A DNA stretch of 62,171 nucleotides, taken from the NCBI GenBank assembly GCA_030706565.1, contig JAUZOH010000001.1, forward strand, positions 1 through 62,171, given 5' to 3'. The notes under the pieces are model-generated. The model was not told the origin of the DNA. It searched no databases and worked only from the letters and a program-made list of their open reading frames with translations. This document shows positions 27,329-38,374 of this stretch, piece by piece. The stretch is from Bacteroidota bacterium (GTDB taxonomy: Bacteria > Bacteroidota > Bacteroidia > Bacteroidales > JAUZOH01). A program made the translations under genes and the position numbers. Within the stretch, counting starts at the first letter, position 1. Each line of letters starts with the position of its first letter.

Positions 27329-27796
27329 AACTGTAGTATTTAAAAAGTCCTCTTCATTAAAATTTATTATATTACAATGACAGGCAAATATGATTATTTT
27401 TAGTACATGTATTAATTCGTCAAAAGAGCATTTTAGGCATGATAACATGTCTAAAACAATCTTATTATTGTTTTAATTTAAAATATAAACATCAAATAGT
27501 TTATTAGATACTAATTTGTAAACTATAAATGATTAATCCAAATTTTAACAAAATATTTTATTAACAAAATATTACTTACTAGCTGCTTTTGATTGTAATT
27601 TCCATATAATCTGCCCTTGCAGGTTAGAATCTTTAGGAAATAAAAAAAAATCCAGAAAGACCTGTGTATATTCCAGATGATTTGACTATCCACCGAACTT
27701 TTTTGAACGTATAAATTCACTTTTATTTGAATTGGGACGTTCAATAATACATATATATTTAATAATGTGCATAGTATGCAACAAATATTCCGAACT

Positions 27797-28265
27797 TTAT
27801 TCCGAACTTTTAATTATCCAATAACCAGTTTTACGAGAACCTTTTCGTTCAATTAATCCAATATCTTTAAGGCTTTCGATAATTTTTTCAACTGCCCTGC
27901 TTGAAATCCCAATTGAAACAGCTAGTTCGGAAGCTGTAATATGAGGATTATTCCGAATTAAGTTTACGACCTTTTCCGAACTTTCGTTTAGTTTTGTTAA
28001 AGTATTGTCAATTTTAGATTTCACATTATTAAAATCATGTGTTCCTTTAAAAGCTGGATGAATCAGAAAATCAACTTCAAAAAAAGTGCGCTTTTCATCG
28101 AAATCAAAAACAGGCTAAGGCGAACCATTATCTTTCATTGCTTTTTTAATTCGGGGAATACCTGTTGCTTTTCCTTCGGTAAGATAAAGTTCTTTGAGAA
28201 AATCACCCAGACGGCGGTTTCGGTAACGGCGAGGTTTTATGATACCCAATTTAAAAGCTCCTAAC
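27797..28265 (-). pseudogene. Remnant of a HATPase_c_4 / winged-HTH (AlbA_2-type) regulator
   Basis: Minus-strand translation gives ...IIKPRRYRNRRLGDFLKELYLTEGKATGIPRIKKAMKDNGSP*PVFDFDEKRTFFEVDFLIHPAF..., continuing into ORF 27797-28024 (wHTH). It has an in-frame stop and no N-terminal domain. Confidence 0.5.
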
Positions 28266-28876
28266 TTAAATGAACGGTATGGACCTTCATTGTTAAAGTT
28301 TTAAGAAGAAATTTTGCAATATTTAAGTTTGAAATTTGATTAATAATAATGAACTTAGTATACCAAATATAATATTAACAAAGGAGGTAAATTATGGGAA
28401 TTAAAACAGGACCAAAAAGAACTACTAAATCAACAGGAGAACCAGACAGGCGCCAACGAGATAATAAGGATACTCCCGGAAATACGCCATCACTGAAGCC
28501 ACACGAGCATAAGAAAGGGGATTAATCACTATGACCCTGAAGAAATGAAATTATCCTTTTGTCGACAGAAGTTTCGAAAAGAAACAGATGAAGAAATGAT
28601 AAAGTGTAAAAGTCAAGACTTGATCTGACAGTTGGATATTTTTTACCTCTATGGGGTCAATGCATTTTCTGAGGGATTTTCTCCTGAAATGATTTGTTTC
28701 AAAAGGGGGCTTTATGGCCCCCTTTGACCATTCCAGTCGGACAATGTATTCCTAACAGTTGGCCGCCACTGAACCTGTTTCTGCTTCATTGTCAGAGGTA
28801 AATTCTAGAGTTTTTCTGGTTATTTAAAATTTTCACAGGAAATACCTTCGTTGCTTCTCAGTAAAAATAAAAAGCT

Positions 28877-29524
28877 TCAATTGACAGTGATATTTTTAAT
28901 TAAGTAACCGCTCCAGGTGTTATCGTTATCTTTTACCCTGAGTTTCACCTGTTTTGTGCCGGCAGAGTTAAATGAAAAGTCAACTACCCCATTTGTAGTC
29001 TGAAAATTAACCGTATTATCCATGGTGAAATCATATTCAACAACTTTACCACCAAACCTTGCATCTTTGTCGTAAGACGAAGATGCATCAAATTCTATTT
29101 CATGACTTGAAAGGTTACTGATAGGGATATAGGTAAAAGAAGCTACTGGAGGCAGATTATCGAATATGATAAAATTCAAACGCCTTTCCTCGCTTTTCAA
29201 ATACGCATCCTTTACACTACAGGTAATTTGGCAAATTCCTGCTGAAAGGCCTTTAAAAGTAAGGGTATGGTCATCCAAAAAGACAAGAGTATCCAAATGT
29301 CCGCTTGAACTGATTTGAAGCCGTTGAGCCCTCTCCGATGTGATTTTATAGGTTAAGGTTAAAATAGTATTTACTTTAATGGAATCTATAGAATCCGTGT
29401 ATAAAAGGCCATCCTTATACAAGGTCAGGCCAGGGGGAGTATCCATATTATAATAATAATCGTCCCATTTTTCACAGGAGGAAAGCAACAAAAATGCACC
29501 CAGAATAAAAAAGAAGTACTTCAT
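28877..29524 (-). CDS. Lipoprotein with a PKD/Ig-like C-terminal domain
   Basis: 215 aa with the lipobox-like signal LLLSSC, downstream of and co-oriented with the giant adhesin. Confidence 0.45.
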   Translation of the reverse strand: MKYFFFILGAFLLLSSCEKWDDYYYNMDTPPGLTLYKDGLLYTDSIDSIKVNTILTLTYKITSERAQRLQISSSGHLDTLVFLDDHTLTFKGLSAGICQITCSVKDAYLKSEERRLNFIIFDNLPPVASFTYIPISNLSSHEIEFDASSSYDKDARFGGKVVEYDFTMDNTVNFQTTNGVVDFSFNSAGTKQVKLRVKDNDNTWSGYLIKNITVN

Positions 29525-29528
29525 GGAT

Positions 29529-32500
29529 TTATAGTTTTATGATTTTTGATATCTGGAAGCTGTTGTCCTTTAATGTGATTTTAATCAAATACAACCCAGG
29601 TTTGAAATCAAAAAGATTACCATGATATTCGCCGGAATTGATCATGAGTTTCTTAACCGTCAGGCCTATCGAATTAATAAATTCTACTTCTTTCATATCC
29701 AGTGAAGTTTCAATATTCAATACATCATTTACTGCAGTAGGATATATCCGAATCTTTGGCCTAATGGTGTTTTCAGTTATAGCTGATTTAAGGGGATCAT
29801 AAATGGTAACTGCCTTTGCATTAAGGTAGGAATCCATACAATTGTTTGCGCTTGTTGCAATAAGTTGAACTGTCTTATCTCCAGGACTATAATAGTTGAA
29901 ATAAATATCCTTATCCGTGTACGAATAGTTTTCCAATTTCCATAGATAACTAGTCGCTCCGGAACTTGCATTAGAATATTTAACCTGTTCGCCAATTGCA
30001 AAAGAATCCCGTTCCGTAGTAAAACCGGCTTTTATCTTGTCCACGTTTAAATTAACCTGTTGGGCATCGCTCAAGCAATTCTGGTTATTTTTGGCTATGA
30101 TATATAGAATTTGATCATTTTGTATATTTTGAACTGAATAATTGGAACCGGTTTGTAGTAAATTTTTATTGGCATCATACCAACCATATGAAAAATCGGA
30201 ACCTGCAGATAAATTTAGATTTGAACCCCGGCAATAAATTGAATTGTAAGAAACCGCAGGTAGCGGCAATGCAGGCATTACACTAATCAAAACCGGCGAA
30301 GTATAAGCACTGCCACAATTCGAATCCGTTACTTTCCTCCTGAAATAGCTGGTACCGGTAATATTACCGGATTGAAAACTTGCACCATTAGCCAGTGTAA
30401 TATCTGTATATATTGAATTATCGTACGCCAGCTGCCATTGATAAGTGAAATTGTTAAATCCTCCGCTTGCCACATTTCCGGATAACAATTGCGGGGAAGT
30501 ATTATAGCAAATTGTTTGAGCCTGACCAATAACGCCAGGATCGATGATCCCTTTGACTTCAATTTTCAGGGAATCACTTGTCGCAGTTCCACAATTATTT
30601 GTAACCACTCTCTTATAATAGGTTGTTTGCGTAAGGCTTGTTGGAATATAACTGGAAGTTGAAGCACCAGGTATATTATTCCAAATCGAACCATTTACAG
30701 AATATTTCCATTGATAGTTAAATATCCCATCACCACCACTTGCAGATGTCCCTGTAAGTCCGGCAGGTATGGAAGAACTACAAATAACCTGGGAATTGTA
30801 TATCTCACCCGGATCAAGCTTTCCATAAACAGTTATGGTAGCCGGGGAACTGGTTTTACTACCACAACCTGATCCTGAAGTTGTAATTCTTCTAAAATAA
30901 GTGGTGGCGGTCAAAACTCCGGATTGATAATTAGCACTTAAAGCACCCGCAATAGTTAACCACTTGCTATTGTCTAGGGATGATTCCCATTGATAGGTAT
31001 ATTTCCCATCACCTCCTGTTGGACTGGTACAAACTATTTGTGCAGGTGTCCCATTATAGCACAACGTTTGGGCTTGAGACAATATTCCAGCATTCAAGGC
31101 TCCATAAACCGTTATGGTAACCGGTGAACTGCTCATACTCCCGCAACTTCCAGCGGTGGTTACCCGTTGATAATAAGTCGTGGCAGTCAAAGCACCAGGT
31201 TGATAATCTGCACTTGAAGCCATAGCAATATTGTACCATGAGGTTGCATCCAGTGATGACTGCCATTGATAGGTATATGTACCGTTTCCTCCTGTCGGAC
31301 TGGTACCAACTAATTTTGTGGGGATAGCCCCGTTACATACTGTTTGTGACGTTGAAATTGTTCCTGAGGTTAAAGTACCATAAACTGTTATAGTTACCGG
31401 CAAACTGGTTTTGCTTCCACAACCTGATCCGGAAGTGGCCACCCTATGGTAATAAGTTGTAGCGGTTAAAGCTTCGGGCTGATAACTTGCACTTGTAGCC
31501 CCAAAAATATCTGACCAAGTATCGTTGTCAGTTGATTTCTGCCATTGATAACCATAAACACCATCCCCGCCAGTTGGTGAAGTTCCCAATAGTTGAGAAG
31601 GGGTAATGCCATTGCATATTGTTTGGGATGAAGAAATGCTACCTGAAGTCAAAACATCGTAAACTATTATTTTAACAGGTGAACTTGTGATACTCCCACA
31701 ACCTGTATTTGCTACCCTCCTATAATAAGTTGTAGAAATCAAAGCATCAGGTTGATAACTTGCATTCACACTGCCAGCAATATCCGACCATTTGTTATTA
31801 TCAGTAGATGATTGCCATTGATAGGTATATTTCCCATCGCCTCCTGTCGGACTGGTACCGAACAGTTGTGAAGGAATTGACCCATTACATAGTATTTGGG
31901 AGGAGGATACTGTTCCAGCGTTCAAAGCTCCATAAACCGTTATAGTCACCGGTGAACTGGTTACACTCCCGCAACTTCCAGAGGTGGTTACCCGTTGATA
32001 ATAAGTTGTGGCGGTCAAAGCACCAGGTTGATAATCTGCACTTGAAGCCATAGCAATATTAGACCATGAGGTTGCATTCAGTGATGATTGCCATTGATAG
32101 GTATATGTACCGCTTCCTCCTGTCGGACTGGTACCACTTAATTTTGCAGGGATAGCCCCGTTACATACTGTCTGCGACGTTGAAATTGTTCCTGAGGTTA
32201 AAGCACCATAAACTGTTATAGTTACCCTCAAACTGGTTTTGCTTCCACAACCTGATCCGGAAGTTACAATTCTGTGATAGTAAGTCGTTGTTTTTAATGG
32301 TTCGGGTTGGTAACTTGCACTTGTAGCCCCAAAAATATCTGACCAAGTATCGTTGTCAGTTGATTTCTGCCATTGATAACTATAAACACCATCCCCACCT
32401 GTTGGCAAAGTACCCAATATTTGTGAAGGGGGAATCCCATTGCATATTGTTTGGGATGAAGAAATGCTACCTGAAGTCAAAGCATCGTAAACTGTTATTT

Positions 32501-34649
32501 TAACAGGTGAACTTGTGATACTCCCACAACCTGTACTTGCTACTCTCCTATAATAAGCTGTAGCTATCAAGGCATCAGGTTGATAACTTGCATTCACACT
32601 GCCAGCAATATCGGACCATTTGCTATTATCAGTAGATGATTGCCATTGATACGAATATTTTCCATCACCACCCGTTGCACCAGTACCGACAAGTTGTGAA
32701 GGAGTTGATCCATTACATAGTATTTGAGAGGAGGATATTGTTCCAGCATTCAAAGCTCCATAAACCGTTATAGTCACCGGTGAACTGGTCATACTCCCGC
32801 AACTTCCAGCGGTGGTTACCCGTTGATAATAAGTCGTTGCGGTCAAAGCACCAGGTTGATAATCTGCACTTGAAGCCATAGCAATATTAGACCATGAGGT
32901 TGCATCCGTTGATGACTGCCATTGATAAGTATAGGTACCGCTTCCTCCTGTCGGACTGGTACCGGCTAATTTTGCAGGGATAGTCCCGTTACACACTGTC
33001 TGCGACGTTGAGATTGTCCCGGATGTCAAAGGATCGTAAACTGTAATGGTAACCGGCAAACTGGTTTTGCTTCCACAACCTGATCCGGAAGTCACAATCC
33101 TGTGATAGTATGTTGTCTTTGTCAATGCTTCGGGTTGATAACCGGAACTGGTAGCACCAATTATATCTGACCAGGAACTATTGTCTAAAGAAGATTGCCA
33201 TTGATAACCATAAATACCGTCCCCACCTGTTGGTAAAGTCCCCAATAGTTGAGAAGGGGTAATGCCGTTGCATATTGTTTGAGATGAAGAAATGCTTCCC
33301 GAAGTCAAAGCATCGTAAACTGTTATGGTCACCGGAGAACTAATTACACTACCACAACCTGATCCGGACGTGGCTACCCTTCTATAAAATACGGATTCAT
33401 TCAAAGTGCCCGGCTGATAATTAGATCCTACTGCCCCTGAAATATTTGACCAATTAGTCCCATCATTTGAGGATTGCCATTGATAAGTATAAGTCCCATC
33501 TCCACCTGCCGGACTGACACCAACCAATTGTGCAGGCGTAGTATTATAACACAACGTCTGTGAAGATGACAAGGTACCGGAAGTTAAGGCATCATACACC
33601 TTTATGGCTACCATATTTGATTCTGCTGAATTCACGCCCGAAGTACATATTCGTTTATAATAAGTGGAAGCTGTGAGCCCGCCGACTGAATAAGTTAACC
33701 CGTTAGCAGAAGGTATATCTTGAAAATAAATTCCATCTTTGGATGACTGCCATTGATAGGTATATACCCCGGTCCCACCACTTCCTGAAGAGATATTGGA
33801 AAGATTCAGATTTGCGTAATTACAAATACTCTGGGATGTACCTATCGTACCCCCGGAAACATCAGGCAATACATTAATGGTTATCTCATTGGTAAACATT
33901 GATGTTCCACATTTCCTGGGGCTGTCCATCCTTCGAAATATGGTTGAAGTAAGCAGCCTAGAAGGAGTATAATTATAGGAAGTTGCCCCATAAATACTTT
34001 TATACACATCCCCGGGTGTTTTTTCCTGCCATTGATAGGAAAAGATTCCATCGCTGCCTGTTGCCTCCATCCCGTTAAATTCACCAGGTGTTGTGTTATA
34101 CTCAATTTGCTTTGTAGTAACTGATGTTCCATTAGTCACCACGCTGACGGAACCTACCTTAGGTTTTGGGTAAAATGTTCTGGCAACGACCATAATATTT
34201 TGCCAGGGGGCAACAGTAGAATAAGTATTTGCATTTTTATAATAGGTGGTATAAAATATGACCACATAAAACACTTTAGGTGAAGTAAAACCCGACCAAT
34301 TATAATTTGGAAAGAGATCTTCGACAGAACAAAGAGTAGATTGTGTTGTGCTATAAGCAGATGATGCCAGGGATTGTCCCATGCCAATGCCGACTAAATT
34401 ATCATAGAGTTCAAAATCATCAAAAGAAAGGATATAACCACTTTGAACATTGGCCGGATCATAGTAGGTCTCGAATTCAAATTTACCATTGGTACAGGTG
34501 TACGTACTTGATTCATCAAACAGCCAATAATGCCAAGTTGAAGAATAAATTTTTAAAACCGGTGAAGTATTTTGACTTACCTCCTGCCCTACGGTTCTAG
34601 CATAAATAAATGTTAGAAAAGTTAAAATGGGTATAATTTTTCTCATCAT
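29529..34649 (-). CDS. Giant T9SS-sorted repeat surface protein (adhesin-like)
   Basis: 1706 aa with a signal peptide and ~13 tandem ~92-aa units (..SSQT.CNG..P..L.G..PTGG.G.Y.YQWQSS.D...W..I.GA...YQP..L...TYY.R......CGS..S.PV.I.VY). The C-terminal YPTAVNDVLNIE...GLYLIKI... is a T9SS CTD. Confidence 0.85.
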   Translation of the reverse strand: MMRKIIPILTFLTFIYARTVGQEVSQNTSPVLKIYSSTWHYWLFDESSTYTCTNGKFEFETYYDPANVQSGYILSFDDFELYDNLVGIGMGQSLASSAYSTTQSTLCSVEDLFPNYNWSGFTSPKVFYVVIFYTTYYKNANTYSTVAPWQNIMVVARTFYPKPKVGSVSVVTNGTSVTTKQIEYNTTPGEFNGMEATGSDGIFSYQWQEKTPGDVYKSIYGATSYNYTPSRLLTSTIFRRMDSPRKCGTSMFTNEITINVLPDVSGGTIGTSQSICNYANLNLSNISSGSGGTGVYTYQWQSSKDGIYFQDIPSANGLTYSVGGLTASTYYKRICTSGVNSAESNMVAIKVYDALTSGTLSSSQTLCYNTTPAQLVGVSPAGGDGTYTYQWQSSNDGTNWSNISGAVGSNYQPGTLNESVFYRRVATSGSGCGSVISSPVTITVYDALTSGSISSSQTICNGITPSQLLGTLPTGGDGIYGYQWQSSLDNSSWSDIIGATSSGYQPEALTKTTYYHRIVTSGSGCGSKTSLPVTITVYDPLTSGTISTSQTVCNGTIPAKLAGTSPTGGSGTYTYQWQSSTDATSWSNIAMASSADYQPGALTATTYYQRVTTAGSCGSMTSSPVTITVYGALNAGTISSSQILCNGSTPSQLVGTGATGGDGKYSYQWQSSTDNSKWSDIAGSVNASYQPDALIATAYYRRVASTGCGSITSSPVKITVYDALTSGSISSSQTICNGIPPSQILGTLPTGGDGVYSYQWQKSTDNDTWSDIFGATSASYQPEPLKTTTYYHRIVTSGSGCGSKTSLRVTITVYGALTSGTISTSQTVCNGAIPAKLSGTSPTGGSGTYTYQWQSSLNATSWSNIAMASSADYQPGALTATTYYQRVTTSGSCGSVTSSPVTITVYGALNAGTVSSSQILCNGSIPSQLFGTSPTGGDGKYTYQWQSSTDNNKWSDIAGSVNASYQPDALISTTYYRRVANTGCGSITSSPVKIIVYDVLTSGSISSSQTICNGITPSQLLGTSPTGGDGVYGYQWQKSTDNDTWSDIFGATSASYQPEALTATTYYHRVATSGSGCGSKTSLPVTITVYGTLTSGTISTSQTVCNGAIPTKLVGTSPTGGNGTYTYQWQSSLDATSWYNIAMASSADYQPGALTATTYYQRVTTAGSCGSMSSSPVTITVYGALNAGILSQAQTLCYNGTPAQIVCTSPTGGDGKYTYQWESSLDNSKWLTIAGALSANYQSGVLTATTYFRRITTSGSGCGSKTSSPATITVYGKLDPGEIYNSQVICSSSIPAGLTGTSASGGDGIFNYQWKYSVNGSIWNNIPGASTSSYIPTSLTQTTYYKRVVTNNCGTATSDSLKIEVKGIIDPGVIGQAQTICYNTSPQLLSGNVASGGFNNFTYQWQLAYDNSIYTDITLANGASFQSGNITGTSYFRRKVTDSNCGSAYTSPVLISVMPALPLPAVSYNSIYCRGSNLNLSAGSDFSYGWYDANKNLLQTGSNYSVQNIQNDQILYIIAKNNQNCLSDAQQVNLNVDKIKAGFTTERDSFAIGEQVKYSNASSGATSYLWKLENYSYTDKDIYFNYYSPGDKTVQLIATSANNCMDSYLNAKAVTIYDPLKSAITENTIRPKIRIYPTAVNDVLNIETSLDMKEVEFINSIGLTVKKLMINSGEYHGNLFDFKPGLYLIKITLKDNSFQISKIIKL
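31050..33540. repeat. Higher-order tandem repeat, period 828 bp (three ~92-aa units) x3
   Basis: The landmark gccattgataggtatatgtaccg... recurs at 31262, 32090 and 32918, exactly 828 nt apart. Confidence 0.8.
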
Positions 34650-34704
34650 GGGTTTTAAATTAAGTTTATCCTACATGGCAAAGTATTTTAATAATGGAAG
34701 TGAG

Positions 34705-35247
34705 CTAAAAGAAAATGCGAAACCCTAATCCGTATGAAATATAAGAACTACGAATAAGGCTTTTTCTCATGAAATTTTGATCCAGGGCTAAATCCAGACA
34801 AAGTTTATTGGTCAGGAAATATTCACAATGGGTACCCAGGCTTAAACCATAAATAAAATCAGACTGATGACCACTGTCGATATCGAAAAGCCTTTCTTTA
34901 AGAATCTCCTGTCCGCCAAATAACCCCAAATCAGCGTTACAGAAAATGCTTTTGCGATAAGAAAAAAAATTAGCCTTACCCGTTAAACAAAGCTTATGGG
35001 TAGAAAAATCGGTATAATGAAACCGGCCGTATTCAAAAGAATAGGTAAGATCAGAGAAAAAATATTTTGTGAAATAGTATGAATAACCTCCGGAAAAGTA
35101 ATGTCCCCTGGTTGTAGAACCCAGTGACAGGATTAAACCATTGCTTCCTTTCGAGTGTCTGGCAAAAAAATTCGGATTATCACCACAATAGGAATTTATC
35201 AAAACGACATATAGGAATAACGTTTGTAGGGACAGAATTTTTTTCAT
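34705..35247 (-). CDS. Small outer-membrane beta-barrel-like protein
   Basis: 180 aa with a signal peptide, alternating aromatic/Gly-rich strands and a C-terminal ...GLGFRIFF. Confidence 0.45.
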   Translation of the reverse strand: MKKILSLQTLFLYVVLINSYCGDNPNFFARHSKGSNGLILSLGSTTRGHYFSGGYSYYFTKYFFSDLTYSFEYGRFHYTDFSTHKLCLTGKANFFSYRKSIFCNADLGLFGGQEILKERLFDIDSGHQSDFIYGLSLGTHCEYFLTNKLCLDLALDQNFMRKSLIRSSYISYGLGFRIFF

Positions 35248-35541
35248 TAATAAATTTCATTAATAAAATTTTATACTACTCCTCTCCTATTATAAATTTA
35301 AAAATTATTAGTTAAAAATGGAAAAAAATCCAAGGGATAATTAAAAGACAGTTTAGAAAATTCCTTGAATTCTATAGAGATTGCAAAAAGGAAGAGCAAT
35401 ATTAGGTTTCACATTATAATAAGCAAAGCAATACTGGAAAATAACGACTTTATAAGATAGTTTATTTGATATGTTTTCTTAGAATAGTATCGATTTGTGG
35501 AAGTAAAATTGAAAAGAAAATCAGAGAAAGTACTTACAAGT

Positions 35542-35582
35542 TTTTATTAGTTTTACTAGTTTTATTAGTTTTATTAGTTTTT
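35542..35582. repeat. 9-bp microsatellite (TTTTAYTAG)x4
   Basis: ttttattag ttttactag ttttattag ttttattag, in the intergenic region upstream of 35710. Confidence 0.7.
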
Positions 35583-35709
35583 TTAATCAACATAAAGATG
35601 ATTTATATTGGTGATTATTGTAAAAAACACCTTTTGTTTTTTTATTATTTTTTTTTAATTCCCAACTTTAACCAATAATAAAAATAACATCAGAAATTGG
35701 AATAAAAGG

Positions 35710-36933
35710 ATGAAACGATTTTTATGTTTTTTATCGATTATTGTCTTATCAAAACTTTGCTTTACCCAGATAATTAAGCCATTCGTTGGAATTGACGGAC
35801 ATTATGGTATCCAGAATAAAATGACAGGTAAAACTTTAATAGATACTAAATTCAAACAAATTAATCAGTTCAATGATTCAATGATTGTTGTCGTTGATGA
35901 TAAAGGGAATTATGCCATCATTGATACTTTAGAGCATATATTATTGCCCTATTCCAAATATAACACTGGCTTTATAGATTATGATTCTATCAATACTTCA
36001 AAATTCACAGAATCTCCATACCGAAATGATAAGGGAGAAATATCTTACTATACTTACATAGTTGATAGAAACAGAAATTGTATTCCCAGTGATTATTATC
36101 CCTGTCCATGCTGGAAAAGTATCACCAAGGATACTGTTGCAGAATATCTATCGTTAATCCAAAAGGCAATGTCTTATACATGCAGAAACATGGGCGATTC
36201 GGCAAAATTTTACTGCGAAAAAGCTATTTCATCAGCTCTCGCTAATCCTTATGTCTATTTGAAAAGAGCATTTATTGAAATGATTGATCAATCCGGCAAA
36301 ACTAAGATAAAAAATACTGATACGATTAACGTAAGGGAAAAAAATAGGATTTCTGAATGTCTTGAATTGGCTGAAAAGTATGAAAAAAATTCCTACTACA
36401 AGACGTATATTAGAAATATGAAATATCAATGGTACAAAGAACTTAAGGATAAAGCCAAATGCCGGAAAATTGAGAATCAATTGAAACAATCTAATGTTGA
36501 AACTTTTCGTCATGGATGTTTTTTAATTCCAACGATTTCGTATATCAACGGAATTGAAGCAGAAATTGGTATTGGAAATGGATATATAAACGAAGAAACT
36601 TCCTTTAAGAAAAAGTGGTATCAACAAGGACTTATTTTATATGGCGCCTCTTGGAGTAAAAATTTTGATCAGCACCTAGACGGTTATAAATTGTACTTGT
36701 TATCGTTTGTAAAAACCGTAAATGCAGGTATTTACCCAATACTTTATACGAATTATAAGAAATCCGAATTTGTTTTAAAATTTGAAGCCGGAATGGGATA
36801 TTCCTGTTTCGCTATAAACTTAGGATACAACCTGCACGCAAGCGGAGAGAAATTTAATGAAGCCAACAGATTCACAATCAGTCTAAAAGCATATCTGTCA
36901 TTTAAGACGCAAAAATCATTTCAAAAGGATTAA
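35710..36933 (+). CDS. Secreted hypothetical protein
   Basis: 407-aa ORF with a signal peptide. The N-terminal region resembles WG/KWG-type repeats (weak). Confidence 0.45.
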   Translation: MKRFLCFLSIIVLSKLCFTQIIKPFVGIDGHYGIQNKMTGKTLIDTKFKQINQFNDSMIVVVDDKGNYAIIDTLEHILLPYSKYNTGFIDYDSINTSKFTESPYRNDKGEISYYTYIVDRNRNCIPSDYYPCPCWKSITKDTVAEYLSLIQKAMSYTCRNMGDSAKFYCEKAISSALANPYVYLKRAFIEMIDQSGKTKIKNTDTINVREKNRISECLELAEKYEKNSYYKTYIRNMKYQWYKELKDKAKCRKIENQLKQSNVETFRHGCFLIPTISYINGIEAEIGIGNGYINEETSFKKKWYQQGLILYGASWSKNFDQHLDGYKLYLLSFVKTVNAGIYPILYTNYKKSEFVLKFEAGMGYSCFAINLGYNLHASGEKFNEANRFTISLKAYLSFKTQKSFQKD

Positions 36934-37111
36934 GGACTACTTTATCATTGCTCAGAATAATTAACTAATCGAAAATATGAAAAGCTGATTAAGTCACAAT
37001 AATATCGGTAATGCAGTTAACGTTAATATAGAAAGGAACTTTAATGTTGGGAAAAAAAAAAATTGAAATAATTCGACTGACCTTATATCTAATAGCTTTG
37101 AAAGTTAAAGC

Positions 37112-38374
37112 TTATTTTTTTAAAACTTTAAACTCTACTCTTCTGTTTATAGCACGGTCCTTTTCTGTTTGGCTTTTCTGAAGTGGTTTTGTGCGACCAT
37201 AACCTTTGTATATGATCCTACTTTTATCCACTCCCTTGGAAATTATATATTCTACAACCGACTTAGCTCTTGATATGGATAATTTCAAATTATAATCATC
37301 TGTACCCACATCATCAGTAAAACCATCTACTTCAATTTCAGCCAATGAAGCGGTTCCCATATATTGTACCAATTTATCAAGTTCTTTGAATGATGTAGGT
37401 AATAAATCCGATTTACCAAATTCAAAATAAATATTTTTAATTACAACTGAAACCCCTATATTAATGTGCTTATAATTAATACATTCAGTAGATTCATTGG
37501 TTGGTTTAACCTGAAATTCTTTTTTATCATTTTGTGAATTATCTATAACAGAAATAACACTCACATCGTCAATAAGGTAATAACAAACAAAGTCTTTACT
37601 TTTAATGTTATCATACTTAATTGTATTATCACTTTGAGGATAAAAGTCACCAATAATTATATATTGTTCTCCTCCTTTTGCTGTATAAATACCACTAACC
37701 TTAACCCAACTGACTGTGTCTTCAATTACTTTTCCTTTAGGATTAGTAATCTGTGGTTTAAAACGATACATTTGATGATAGTCATTAACCTTGATTTCTT
37801 TGTCAGAAAAATACAATCCCAAGCAATCAGTTGATACAGTGGAATAATCTGCTCTATTGACGAAAAATTCTGTATAATATTGTTGACCCACTTGTAAAGG
37901 ATGAATAAGTTTTGTTTGCATAAATTCGGGATTTACAAAATTTAATTTTTTAAACTTTGTATTAGATACAAAGATGCCCATATAACCTGAACCACTTTTT
38001 GCATTTTGATAATTACATGCCAATATTTTATGATTGAATACCCATTCAGATTTAGGAACACCAAATTGAATACTGCATCTATTATATAAATCAGGACTAT
38101 CAAAAAAATAATCATGATTACAATTGGTCCATTTTTTACAAAATAGAAATGTAAGCGTCCCATATATTGAGCAATCATTCTTTTTTTTAGGTCTAAATTC
38201 CCAATACCCATCTTGAGACATAGATATAATATAACTAGGAATTGTCATTGTCCTAACTTCTTCCGCTGTATAATATTCCTCAAAACTAGGATTAGGTACC
38301 AGATTTTGCGTATGTGCAATCTGGTTTAATTCTAATACAAACAGAAAAATATACAATTTTTTATTTAATTCCAT
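37112..38374 (-). CDS. OmpA-family (OmpA/MotB C-terminal domain) secreted protein
   Basis: Start taken at MELNKKLYIFLFVLEL (signal peptide). The C-terminus reads NIYFEFGKSDL...GFTDDVGTDDYNLKLSISRAKSV...RINRRVEF. It overlaps the RHS stop by ~14 nt. Confidence 0.7.
   Translation of the reverse strand: MELNKKLYIFLFVLELNQIAHTQNLVPNPSFEEYYTAEEVRTMTIPSYIISMSQDGYWEFRPKKKNDCSIYGTLTFLFCKKWTNCNHDYFFDSPDLYNRCSIQFGVPKSEWVFNHKILACNYQNAKSGSGYMGIFVSNTKFKKLNFVNPEFMQTKLIHPLQVGQQYYTEFFVNRADYSTVSTDCLGLYFSDKEIKVNDYHQMYRFKPQITNPKGKVIEDTVSWVKVSGIYTAKGGEQYIIIGDFYPQSDNTIKYDNIKSKDFVCYYLIDDVSVISVIDNSQNDKKEFQVKPTNESTECINYKHINIGVSVVIKNIYFEFGKSDLLPTSFKELDKLVQYMGTASLAEIEVDGFTDDVGTDDYNLKLSISRAKSVVEYIISKGVDKSRIIYKGYGRTKPLQKSQTEKDRAINRRVEFKVLKK

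Noticed and set aside
35466-35678. 70-aa ORF with an LLVLLVLLV segment
   Set aside because: It is a translation of the 9-bp microsatellite and surrounding A/T-rich intergenic DNA.
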